A stretch of 32,000 bases of DNA. Source: Candidatus Heimdallarchaeota archaeon. GTDB lineage: Archaea > Asgardarchaeota > Heimdallarchaeia > Heimdallarchaeales > Heimdallarchaeaceae. The stretch lies in contig DAOVER010000011.1 in NCBI GenBank assembly GCA_030668875.1, positions 47,426 to 79,425 on the forward strand. The letters run 5' to 3'. Under the pieces are notes generated by a model, which made no database searches, was not told where the DNA came from, and saw only the letters and a list, made by a program, of their open reading frames with translations. The position numbers were made by a program, and so were the translations under genes. Positions 1 through 8,674 of this stretch are shown here, in pieces; the stretch's first letter is position 1, and each line of letters opens with the position of its first letter.

Positions 1-59
1 TATCCTAATGAATAGATTATAACTATAAGCTAATTGAGATTCAAATAAGCATTTTATTA

Positions 60-67
60 TTTATATA
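60..67 (+). promoter_or_regulatory. Candidate archaeal TATA box for the CoA-disulfide reductase gene
   Basis: TTTATATA at 60-67, 81 nt upstream of ATG 149. Confidence 0.45.
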
Positions 68-148
68 ACCATGGTCAGACAGTTAGCTTTTAAACATTTG
101 TCCAAACATTCTCCAAGAATTTAGCTCATATTAAAGGTGTAAACTTAA

Positions 149-1861
149 ATGGTACAAAAAGTTGTAATTGTTGGTGGTGTTGCCGGTGGTGCATCTACAG
201 CCACCAGATTGAGAAGATTGGATGAATTTGCAGAGATAATAATCTTGGAACGAGGACCGTATGTTAGTTTTGCTAATTGTGGTCTTCCGTACTATGTTGG
301 AAGAATTATCAAGACACAAGATGCTTTAGTTCTTCAAACCCCAGCAGATTTTCTGAACAAATTTAATATTGATGTTAGGGTCAATAATGAGGCTATATCA
401 ATAGATCGAAATAAAAAAGAAGTTCTTGTAAAGAATCTTCAAGATGGCGAGGAATACAAACTTCCCTATGATAAACTGGTTCTGTCTCCAGGAGCAGAAC
501 CAATAAGACCAGGATTTGAAGGAATAGATACAATACCTGTTTTTACTTTAAGGAATATTCCTGATACTAAGAAAATCGAGGAATTTATCAGCACTAAAAA
601 TCCAACATCAGCTGTTGTAATAGGTGGAGGTTATATTGGTTTAGAAATGGCTGAAAATCTATCTCATAGAGGAATCAGGGTTACAGTTGTTGAGTTATTA
701 GATCAGGTTCTACCTACTTTTGATAAAGAAATGGCTCAGTTCATAAATAATGAAATTATTCTAAACAGGATTAAACTTGTTCTTGCTGATGGAGTGAAAT
801 CATTCTGTGAAAATCCAAAAGGAAGTGTAGGACAATATAATGTTTGTACACAGAGTGGACAAAACCTCGAAGCTGATCTTATTATTCTCTCTATAGGAGT
901 CAGACCAGAGTCTCAGTTAGCAAAAGATGCTGGTTTAGAGTTAACAGATAGAGGTTTCATAGTTGTGGATAAACACATGCAAACTTCTGATGAAGATATT
1001 TATGCTGTTGGTGATGTAATTCAAATAACCAATTATATTACTAATGAATTTACTGTTGCTCCTCTTGCTGGTCCAGCAAATAGGCAAGGAAGAATAGCAG
1101 CTGATAATCTCGCAGGTAGAGATTCAGAATACAAAGGAGTTTTAGGCACAGCAGTTTTACAATTGTTCAGTCAAACAGCAGCTCAAACAGGACTTACAGA
1201 GAAACAATTAGTTAAAACAGACATCAAATTTGAAAAAATGTATGTACATCCAAAAAACCATGCAGGATATTACCCCGAAGCTTTTCCAATTCACATGAAG
1301 CTATTATATAATATAGATGATGGAAAAATTCTTGGAGCTCAAGCAATTGGTGGAGCAGGTACAGAGAAAAGAATAGATGTCATTGCAACAGTTATTTACT
1401 ACGGTGGAACTATTTATGATCTTCAAGATTTAGAACTTAGTTATGCTCCTCCATTCGGAAGTGCAAGAGATGCTGTAAATATGGTAGGATTTGCTGCTTC
1501 AAATGTGCATATGGGTGATGTTAAATTATGGCATTGGCATGATGCAGAGAAAATCTCTAAAGAAGATTGTACTATCATAGATGTTCGTCCTCCTGAAGAT
1601 CATGAAGCTGGTACTTTACCTGGTGCAATTAATATCCCACTAGGACAGATACGGTCAAGGTTAAATGAGATACCAAAAGATAAGCCAGTTTATGTCCATT
1701 GTATGGTCGGTTTCTCCTCATATATAGCCTACAGAATTCTTCAAGCTAATGGATATAATGTTAGAAACCTAGCTGGTGGCTATCAAACATATCAAATGGC
1801 TAATTTACCACCTGGTGGTCATGTCGGCGAACTAAAGCCATACGATCCACAAAGACACTAA
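149..1861 (+). CDS. cdr: CoA-disulfide/persulfide reductase with C-terminal rhodanese domain (CoADR-RHD/Npsr type)
   Basis: FAD motif GGVAGG, redox Cys motif SFANCGLPY, NAD(P)H motif GGGYIG, YAVGD and LSYAPPF dimerisation motif. C-terminal rhodanese domain IDVR...HCMVG...NLAGG. Confidence 0.92.
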   Translation: MVQKVVIVGGVAGGASTATRLRRLDEFAEIIILERGPYVSFANCGLPYYVGRIIKTQDALVLQTPADFLNKFNIDVRVNNEAISIDRNKKEVLVKNLQDGEEYKLPYDKLVLSPGAEPIRPGFEGIDTIPVFTLRNIPDTKKIEEFISTKNPTSAVVIGGGYIGLEMAENLSHRGIRVTVVELLDQVLPTFDKEMAQFINNEIILNRIKLVLADGVKSFCENPKGSVGQYNVCTQSGQNLEADLIILSIGVRPESQLAKDAGLELTDRGFIVVDKHMQTSDEDIYAVGDVIQITNYITNEFTVAPLAGPANRQGRIAADNLAGRDSEYKGVLGTAVLQLFSQTAAQTGLTEKQLVKTDIKFEKMYVHPKNHAGYYPEAFPIHMKLLYNIDDGKILGAQAIGGAGTEKRIDVIATVIYYGGTIYDLQDLELSYAPPFGSARDAVNMVGFAASNVHMGDVKLWHWHDAEKISKEDCTIIDVRPPEDHEAGTLPGAINIPLGQIRSRLNEIPKDKPVYVHCMVGFSSYIAYRILQANGYNVRNLAGGYQTYQMANLPPGGHVGELKPYDPQRH

Positions 1862-1890
1862 CCTTCTCTTTTTCTTCCTTTTTTCTTTCT
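1862..1890 (+). terminator. Oligo-T/pyrimidine archaeal terminator
   Basis: CCTTCTCTTTTTCTTCCTTTTTTCTTTCT directly after the cdr stop codon. Confidence 0.6.
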
Positions 1891-2041
1891 GTTAATAACC
1901 GGTAATAATACTCAGTCTATGTTAATTGTTTTAGTTATTCATTATATTTAATAGGAATAAGATAATTATTATAGCTATTCATTATTTTAAACAAAACAGT
2001 GTTATATTAATAGTTTTTATTTCCATGTTATCTACAAATAC

Positions 2042-2049
2042 TTTATATA
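2042..2049 (+). promoter_or_regulatory. TATA box of the hydrogenase operon, probably giving a leaderless transcript
   Basis: TTTATATA ends 24 nt before ATG 2074, the spacing expected if transcription starts at or near the start codon. Confidence 0.6.
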
Positions 2050-2073
2050 TTCTACAATATTTTCAAAATTATA

Positions 2074-3117
2074 ATGAAGACTTATAAAATGCCAAAAAAT
2101 GTGTTTCCTGACTTCATTGAGTTAATCAAAACAAAAGGGAAACTGTTTGGACCAGTTAAGCAAAAGAGTAAATATTCTTTTGAAGAAATCAGTGATGTGC
2201 AAGATCTTGATTTTGACTACCAACGAACAGTTTTAGGAGTGAAAAAATTCTTAACTCCTCCAAGATACAAGACCTTAAGCTTCGACAAAGAAGGTACAAA
2301 GGACATTATTGACGAGCCTGAAACAAATATCGTTATAGGGGTACATCCTTGTGATATTCATGCCATTAAAATCTTGGATAGACTTTTCCTGGGTAATATA
2401 ATAGATCCATACTATGCAAGTAAAAGAGAGAATTTGACAATTATCGGTCATTCTTGTCTTCCAGATGACAAGTGTTTGTGCCAATCAACTGGAACAGATA
2501 TGGTTGAGGATGGATTTGATCTCTTCTTAACAGAGTTAGAAGAATATTATTTAGTTTGGGTTGGTTCCGATAAAGGACTTGCTCTTACAATAGCAGCTGG
2601 TGATTTACTTTCTGAAGATATTTCAGACGAAAGTATAAGGGAATATGTTAGATGGCAACAAAAGCGTTCATCAATGTTCAAAGCTGTTATGCCTTCATTC
2701 AAGTATATGGCAGACATTATTACTTTAAACTATGACAGTGAAATATGGGAGCAATTTGGAGAAAAATGTTTGTCTTGCGGGACTTGCAGTTTAGTATGTC
2801 CTACATGCAATTGTTTCAATGTCGATGACAAAATTCTAATGAATGCAGAGGAAGGGTTCCGTGAAAGAATGTTAGATAGCTGTACTTTACCATATTATTC
2901 AATGGTAGCAGGAGATCATGACTTTAGACCAGATAGAACAACAAGGTTGAAATTATATTATACTCATAAACTCAAAGAATACATTGGACGATGGGGTCAA
3001 CCTGGTTGTGTCGGGTGCGGACGATGTGTAACATATTGTCCCGTTGATATTAACGTAATAACTGTCTCTGAAGCACTGTTTGGAGAAGTTTGTGATACCA
3101 AAGAGGTGTGTGAATAA
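2074..3117 (+). CDS. hydB: Group 3b [NiFe]-hydrogenase (sulfhydrogenase) beta subunit, 4Fe-4S protein
   Basis: CLSCGTCSLVCPTCNC and CVGCGRCVTYCP ferredoxin motifs, plus GVHPCD. First gene of the B-G-D-A order. TAATG overlap with the next gene. Confidence 0.9.
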   Translation: MKTYKMPKNVFPDFIELIKTKGKLFGPVKQKSKYSFEEISDVQDLDFDYQRTVLGVKKFLTPPRYKTLSFDKEGTKDIIDEPETNIVIGVHPCDIHAIKILDRLFLGNIIDPYYASKRENLTIIGHSCLPDDKCLCQSTGTDMVEDGFDLFLTELEEYYLVWVGSDKGLALTIAAGDLLSEDISDESIREYVRWQQKRSSMFKAVMPSFKYMADIITLNYDSEIWEQFGEKCLSCGTCSLVCPTCNCFNVDDKILMNAEEGFRERMLDSCTLPYYSMVAGDHDFRPDRTTRLKLYYTHKLKEYIGRWGQPGCVGCGRCVTYCPVDINVITVSEALFGEVCDTKEVCE

Positions 3118-3977
3118 TGATTGATGGAAAGAAATCAAAAATCGAAAATACATATAAATCACATCCTGTAGAAATATTAGGAATTAAGGATTTAACCAGT
3201 GATACTCGATACTTCAAAGTCAGATTTATGGATGAAGAAATGAAAAAACAATTTGTATACAAACCAGGTCAGTTTGTTATATTTTCAATCCCAGGACTTG
3301 GAGAAGCAACATTTTCTATATCTTCTCCACCTACAAGAAGGGATTTCATAGAGTTTGGTATTAGACGAGTAGGATCATTTACTGAAGCGTATTTCAAACT
3401 TAAAGAAGGAGATACTTTTGAGATGAGAGGACCTTATGGTAATGGTTTTGATATGGAGAGCTTACAAGGAAGAGACCTTATTATTATAGCTGGTGGGTTA
3501 GGAGCAGTTCCATTAAGATCTGCATTGTTATATGCTGAAGATAGACGAGAAGATTTCAATCAAGTATTCTTCTTAAATGGTGCTCGTTCTCCAGAGGATA
3601 TGCTCTTCAGAGAGGATTTCAAGGCGATGGCAGCAAGAGGTATTCTTGACACAAGACTTTCAGTTGATGAAGATCCTACAGGAGAATGGCCTTATGAAGT
3701 AGGTTTTGTAACAGCTTTGATTCCTAAATTAGCAGAAAAAATCAATCCTGAAAACACTACAGCTTTAATATGCGGACCTCCTATAATGTATAAGTTTGTT
3801 ATTCAAGAATTATTAAAAATAAATGTTCCTAAAGACCAAATCCTGATGACTTTAGAAAGAAGAATGAAATGTGGTCAAGGACATTGTGGTCATTGTGCAA
3901 TAGGTGGGAGATATACCTGTTTAGATGGGCCAATCTTTACGTATTATGATGTACAACATATAAAGGAGTTAATCTAA
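3117..3977 (+). CDS. hydG: Group 3b hydrogenase gamma subunit (FAD/NAD(P)-binding, 2Fe-2S)
   Basis: PGQF, RGPYGNGF, AGGLG, CGPPIM and ERRMKCGQGHCGHC...C motifs. Confidence 0.92.
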   Translation: MIDGKKSKIENTYKSHPVEILGIKDLTSDTRYFKVRFMDEEMKKQFVYKPGQFVIFSIPGLGEATFSISSPPTRRDFIEFGIRRVGSFTEAYFKLKEGDTFEMRGPYGNGFDMESLQGRDLIIIAGGLGAVPLRSALLYAEDRREDFNQVFFLNGARSPEDMLFREDFKAMAARGILDTRLSVDEDPTGEWPYEVGFVTALIPKLAEKINPENTTALICGPPIMYKFVIQELLKINVPKDQILMTLERRMKCGQGHCGHCAIGGRYTCLDGPIFTYYDVQHIKELI

Positions 3978-3978
3978 A

Positions 3979-4770
3979 ATGTGGAAAAGAGAAAAGAAGC
4001 CTATTGTTGGTGTTTTTGGTTTTTCTGGGTGTGCTGGTGATCAATTAGCTATACTTCACATGGAAGACAGTACAATTGATTTCTTTACAAGCGCAGATAT
4101 CAAATTCTTCCATATGGCTCAATCTCATCAAGAAGTTCCAAAAATGGATATTGCCCTTGTTGAAGGAAGTATAAACACTCAAAGGCAACTAAGAGAATTA
4201 AAAGAAATTCGCGAAATGGCAGATATTGTTGTAGCACTAGGCACATGTGCTTGTTATGGTGGAATACAATATCTCGGAGAAGATGAAGAAACATTCAAAG
4301 AAAGAATGAAGTATGTTTACGGTAAAAGCGGAGAAGTTCCAGAATTTTTAGATCTTGTAGGAAAACCCAAGCCGGCTCAACCAATCAGTGATTTCATTGA
4401 TGTTGATATCATGATTCCAGGCTGTCCTATTTCTGCAGAAAACTTTGTGCCAATTTATACAAAATTGATCAGTGGGTTATTACCTCAGAAGTATCCTATG
4501 CCAGTTTGTGTTGAATGTAAATATGAAGGAAACGATTGTTTCTTACTCCATGGAAAGTACTGTTTAGGACCAGTAACCTCAGCAGGTTGTAATGCTATCT
4601 GTCCCAGCATGGATATTTCCTGTGTTGGATGTTTTGGTACATATGAAGGTGCAAATTATCCTTCCATGATTAGCAAACTGAAGGAAATTGGTTTAACTGA
4701 AGAAGAAGCAATAAGAAAATTGAAGCTGTTTGGCGGTAATAAAGTCGAACAAGCGTTAAAAGGTGATTGA
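3979..4770 (+). CDS. hydD: Group 3b hydrogenase small (delta) subunit
   Basis: GCAGD, VEGS, GTCACYGG and PGCP motifs. Eight C-terminal Cys (VCVEC...CLGPVT...C...CP...CVGC). Confidence 0.92.
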   Translation: MWKREKKPIVGVFGFSGCAGDQLAILHMEDSTIDFFTSADIKFFHMAQSHQEVPKMDIALVEGSINTQRQLRELKEIREMADIVVALGTCACYGGIQYLGEDEETFKERMKYVYGKSGEVPEFLDLVGKPKPAQPISDFIDVDIMIPGCPISAENFVPIYTKLISGLLPQKYPMPVCVECKYEGNDCFLLHGKYCLGPVTSAGCNAICPSMDISCVGCFGTYEGANYPSMISKLKEIGLTEEEAIRKLKLFGGNKVEQALKGD

Positions 4771-4772
4771 AA

Positions 4773-6059
4773 ATGGCTGAAAAAACAATAAGTGTCGATG
4801 TTATTTCCAGGGTAGAAGGAGACGGTGGAATTCAAGTCTTTACCAAAGATGGCAAAGTGGATAAAGTCCTAGTTGATATTTTTGAAGGACCACGTATGAT
4901 TGAAGCTCTTGTAAGAGGAAAAACATACCAAGAAAATCTTTCCTTAGTCTCACGTATCTGTGCAATATGTACAGTTTCTCATCGAAATGTTTCAATTAAA
5001 GCAATTGAAAAAGCTCTAAAGGTAAAGGTTCCTGAGAAGGTTAAACTACTTAGAGAACTTATGCATCTTGCTGAATATGTAGAATCACACATTTTACATG
5101 TTTATTATCTTGCTATACCTGATTTCTTCAAGCAACCATCTGCAATAGCATTAATACCAACTCATGGTGAAACTGTTATCCAAGCAGTTACAATGAAAAA
5201 GTATGGTACAGAATTAATGCAACTTCTTATGGGTAGAAAGATACATGGAGAGAATCCTCAAATTGGTGGATTTGGACGAATACCAACAAACGAAGAATTA
5301 GACAAATTCCTTGAAAACGCTGCTGAGTATCAATCCTGGGTATCAGCTATTATTGATCTAATGGCAACATTACCCATACCAGAATATGGTGTTAGAGATA
5401 CTACATTCATGTGTTGTAATCCTGCAGATGGTAAATTTGGTTTTGAGGGTGACACAATTCTTATCTCTACAGGAGAAGAATATCCAGTAGAAGATTATAA
5501 GAATATGACAAATGAAAGAGTTGTTTCTCATAGCTATGCTAAACGTTCAAAATATCAAGACAAATCATTTTCAGTTAGTGCTCTTGCAAGACTTGCGCTA
5601 ATTGGTGATAGATTAACAGGTGAAGCAAAAGAGAAGTATGATAAATATTTCAACGAAAGCTGGAAGTCAAATCCGATATATAATAACTTGTGTCAGGCAA
5701 TTGAAGCGCTCTGGGCTTTTGAACAGATACCAATCCTCATCGAAAAAATCAAAGTTTTGCCCGATCAAGAAATGGCTGTTCCTGAGGTATTAGATGGTAC
5801 TGCAACAGCTGCAGTTGAAGCTCCACGAGGTACTTTATATCATACATATGAAATCAAGGATGGAATAATTGTCAATGCAGATATCATTACACCTACAGCT
5901 CAATTCCTTGATGATATTGAAAAATACATTTGGGTAGCAGCAGAGAAATTATTAGCAGAAGACAATCCTGATACTGAACTTCATTTGGAAATGATTGCTA
6001 GGTCATATGACCCTTGCATATCATGTAGTTGTCATATGGTAAAACTGGTGAAAGAGTAA
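4773..6059 (+). CDS. hydA: Group 3b [NiFe]-hydrogenase large (alpha) subunit
   Basis: RVEG, L1 motif RICAICTVSH, EAPRG and L2 motif DPCISCSCH followed by a short cleavable tail MVKLVKE. ATG 4773 is preferred over TTG 4767 because AGGTGA (SD) lies at 4761-4766. Confidence 0.95.
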   Translation: MAEKTISVDVISRVEGDGGIQVFTKDGKVDKVLVDIFEGPRMIEALVRGKTYQENLSLVSRICAICTVSHRNVSIKAIEKALKVKVPEKVKLLRELMHLAEYVESHILHVYYLAIPDFFKQPSAIALIPTHGETVIQAVTMKKYGTELMQLLMGRKIHGENPQIGGFGRIPTNEELDKFLENAAEYQSWVSAIIDLMATLPIPEYGVRDTTFMCCNPADGKFGFEGDTILISTGEEYPVEDYKNMTNERVVSHSYAKRSKYQDKSFSVSALARLALIGDRLTGEAKEKYDKYFNESWKSNPIYNNLCQAIEALWAFEQIPILIEKIKVLPDQEMAVPEVLDGTATAAVEAPRGTLYHTYEIKDGIIVNADIITPTAQFLDDIEKYIWVAAEKLLAEDNPDTELHLEMIARSYDPCISCSCHMVKLVKE

Positions 6060-6524
6060 TTGTCTATCTCCCTTCCTTTTTTTAATTCATCTGAAATCGA
6101 AAAATACGCCTTCATTTGTTTAGGTAATATTGATAGAGCAGATGATGCATTTGGCATATTAGTAGGTGAAAAACTTAAAGGAAAATACCCAGAAAATGTT
6201 TTCTCTGAGCTAGATAACGATTTGTCTGTTTTTCTTTTTGATTTGATTGAAAATAAGCAAGTACAGCATGTTTTTCTCATTGATGCTGTAGATTTCAATG
6301 GTGAACATGGTGAAATCATCGTAAAAGAAGATTTTGACACAAAAATAACACAAATATCAACTCATACTATCCCCTATAAACAAATCAAGAACATTATTGA
6401 AGTGAAAGGTAAGAAATTTCAACTTATCGGAGCCCAAGTAAAGGATTTAACTTTTTTGGGAGAAGTTTCAACAGAGATTCTGGACGCAGTTGAAAAAGTA
6501 GTCGAGTTTTTCATTAAAGATTAA
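6060..6524 (+). CDS. Hydrogenase maturation endopeptidase (HycI/HyaD family)
   Basis: GNxxRADDAFG, IDAVDF and STH motifs. TTG start abuts the hydA stop. Confidence 0.88.
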   Translation: MSISLPFFNSSEIEKYAFICLGNIDRADDAFGILVGEKLKGKYPENVFSELDNDLSVFLFDLIENKQVQHVFLIDAVDFNGEHGEIIVKEDFDTKITQISTHTIPYKQIKNIIEVKGKKFQLIGAQVKDLTFLGEVSTEILDAVEKVVEFFIKD

Positions 6525-6558
6525 ACATTTTTATATTACTAACGATTTTTTTATTAAT

Positions 6559-7923
6559 TTGCAATCAGATAAAAAAAAACGAACTTTCAACGTTTTATCA
6601 TATGTTTCATTAGCAGTTTCAGGTGCTATACTCATTAATTTCTTTAATACGAGAATTTACAATTTTTATACTGATGAAGTAAAACTAAATATTTTCTATA
6701 TTCCGATTGTTATGACCATTTATGCTATATGGAATGCTGTTAATGACCCACTATTTGGTTGGCTATCAGATAAAACACGATCTAGATTTGGAAGGAGATT
6801 CCCCTATATTTTATTTGGGTTTATACCCCTAACAATAGCTTTTGTAGCTATTTGGTTTATACCAATATCCTTAGTAGAAAGTCTAAATCAGGTAAAGATC
6901 TTTCTCTATATGCTTACAACTCTACTTATCTTTGATACATTATACACAATTGTAATACTTAACTGGCAGACATTATATGCGGAGAAATTTAAAACAACAA
7001 AAGAGAGAAACTTTGTTGCTGCATTGAGACAACTGATAGCTGTTATTGGTGTAGTAATATCAGTTGTTGTTAGCCCGTTGATTTTTGAATACAACAATCT
7101 TGAATCCTATCGTAAAGCCATTTTAATTATCGCAGGTTTTGTTCTATTAGGTTTTATTTTATCTCTATATGGATGTAGGGATAAAGAAATAATGAAAACC
7201 ATTAAACCTCAAAGTGAATCATATTTAACTGAATTGAAGGAAGTTCTGAAAAACAAGAATTATATTGCTTTCCTTTTTGCTTTTTGTTTTGCAAATATTG
7301 CTTATCTGACTCTTCTAGCCATGGTTCCTTATTATAATAAATGGATACTAAATCAACCAGCAAAATTCGAAAGCTACATCTATGGAGCTGGAGTTGTAAC
7401 TACTGCAATTTTCTTCATTGTTTGGGCAAGAGTGTCATTTAAAAAGGGTCCAAAGTTTGTTTTTATTACTAGTGCTTTACTCTTTTCGTTATTATTAATA
7501 CCATTGTTCTTCTTTACTAGTGATGTAAGCACTATTGTCCTTATGGGGATAATTGGTGCTCCTTTAGCTGGAATGATGCTCATTCCAGAGGTTCTGATAG
7601 GAGAAATCATCGATGAAGACTATCATAAATATGGCAAAAACAGAGAAGGTATTTTCTTCGGTTTTTATGGTTTTGCTGTACGAATTGCAATGATCTTGGA
7701 ATCTTCAGTGATTTCTTTGATACTTGGATTGACAGATTACAATTCAAATGCATACAAACAAACTGAAACTGCAATAATTGGAATTAAACTGCTTATCGTA
7801 GTTGTACCAATAATTTGTTTTGTTATTGGTATCATTCTACTGGCAAGTTTCTATGATCTTTCAAAAAAGAAAATCGTGAGGGAAAGAGCGAAGCAATCAG
7901 ATATGGATTTAGAAATAGACTGA
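6559..7923 (+). CDS. MFS transporter, glycoside-pentoside-hexuronide (MelB-like) family
   Basis: WNAVNDPLFGWLSDKTRSRFGRRFPY signature, REGIFFG in the C-terminal half and about 12 hydrophobic segments. Confidence 0.88.
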   Translation: MQSDKKKRTFNVLSYVSLAVSGAILINFFNTRIYNFYTDEVKLNIFYIPIVMTIYAIWNAVNDPLFGWLSDKTRSRFGRRFPYILFGFIPLTIAFVAIWFIPISLVESLNQVKIFLYMLTTLLIFDTLYTIVILNWQTLYAEKFKTTKERNFVAALRQLIAVIGVVISVVVSPLIFEYNNLESYRKAILIIAGFVLLGFILSLYGCRDKEIMKTIKPQSESYLTELKEVLKNKNYIAFLFAFCFANIAYLTLLAMVPYYNKWILNQPAKFESYIYGAGVVTTAIFFIVWARVSFKKGPKFVFITSALLFSLLLIPLFFFTSDVSTIVLMGIIGAPLAGMMLIPEVLIGEIIDEDYHKYGKNREGIFFGFYGFAVRIAMILESSVISLILGLTDYNSNAYKQTETAIIGIKLLIVVVPIICFVIGIILLASFYDLSKKKIVRERAKQSDMDLEID

Positions 7924-7948
7924 TTTCAGTTGATTCAATAGTAATCAA

Positions 7949-8674
7949 TTAAACAAAGAAATTAAGAGTCCCATAATAATTGAAGATAATGAATAAAGTA
8001 AGGAAAGTTACCCAAATGACCAATCTACTTACATCCATCCAAGTAATCTTTATTTTTCTGTAATGAGTTCTTTTTTGAATACCAAATCCTCTGAAATAAA
8101 GTGATTGAGCTAAGAACTCTGATCTATAAATTACAGAAGCAATGAGTATAGCTAATGTTTTTGGTAACCAACGGTAAAACCCTCCTTGAATTTCGCCTCT
8201 TAAACGTAAAGCAGTGAATGTATCTTCTGAATCTTTTGCAATTCGAGGAATTATTACTAGAGCTAATGAAGGTATTAGAGCAGCCTTTGAACTAATGTAC
8301 AGTTTTTCCAACGATCTAGTTAGATCTGATGGATTGGTTGAAGTAAAGAAAAATGAAAAACCTATTGCTCCAATAAAGAATCTAGATAGTACTCGAAAAC
8401 ATAAAATCCATCCACCAAAAAGAAAGGTTAAACCACCAAGAATTATGATCACAGGTAGGAGTGACCATAGAATGCTAAGTGATCCCCTGATATTTCTAAA
8501 GATTACACTCTCAAAAATAACAAATGTTAGGAGAAGAGCAAGAGACCAATTGATATTAGGTATTAGAAAACCAAATTGGAGTAGAATGATTGTTAAGCCA
8601 AGTAAAGGATGGATTTGAAATCGGTCGGGCTTAAACAGAAATCCATCATATATTCTTCTCAACATAAAAGACAT
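7949..8674 (-). CDS. ecfT: ECF transporter transmembrane T component
   Basis: Hydrophobic protein with TNPSDL...LE, ALRLRG and SLYFRG coupling-helix XRG motifs. Downstream of the ECF ATPase gene. Confidence 0.82.
   Translation of the reverse strand: MSFMLRRIYDGFLFKPDRFQIHPLLGLTIILLQFGFLIPNINWSLALLLTFVIFESVIFRNIRGSLSILWSLLPVIIILGGLTFLFGGWILCFRVLSRFFIGAIGFSFFFTSTNPSDLTRSLEKLYISSKAALIPSLALVIIPRIAKDSEDTFTALRLRGEIQGGFYRWLPKTLAILIASVIYRSEFLAQSLYFRGFGIQKRTHYRKIKITWMDVSRLVIWVTFLTLFIIFNYYGTLNFFV

Noticed and set aside
1891-1899. GTTAATAAC matches the Thermococcales SurR half-motif GTTn3AAC upstream of the hydrogenase operon
   Set aside because: Single short match without the n5GTT extension, about 140 nt from the TATA box, plausible by chance in AT-rich DNA. 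No SurR gene is seen here.
2074-6059. Possible selenocysteine or stop-codon readthrough in the hydrogenase
   Set aside because: All ligand positions are sense codons, and there is no in-frame TGA within the subunits.
7930-7948. TTGATT-N7-AATCAA hairpin between the convergent MFS and ecfT genes
   Set aside because: Weak 6-bp AT-rich stem, not distinguishable from chance.
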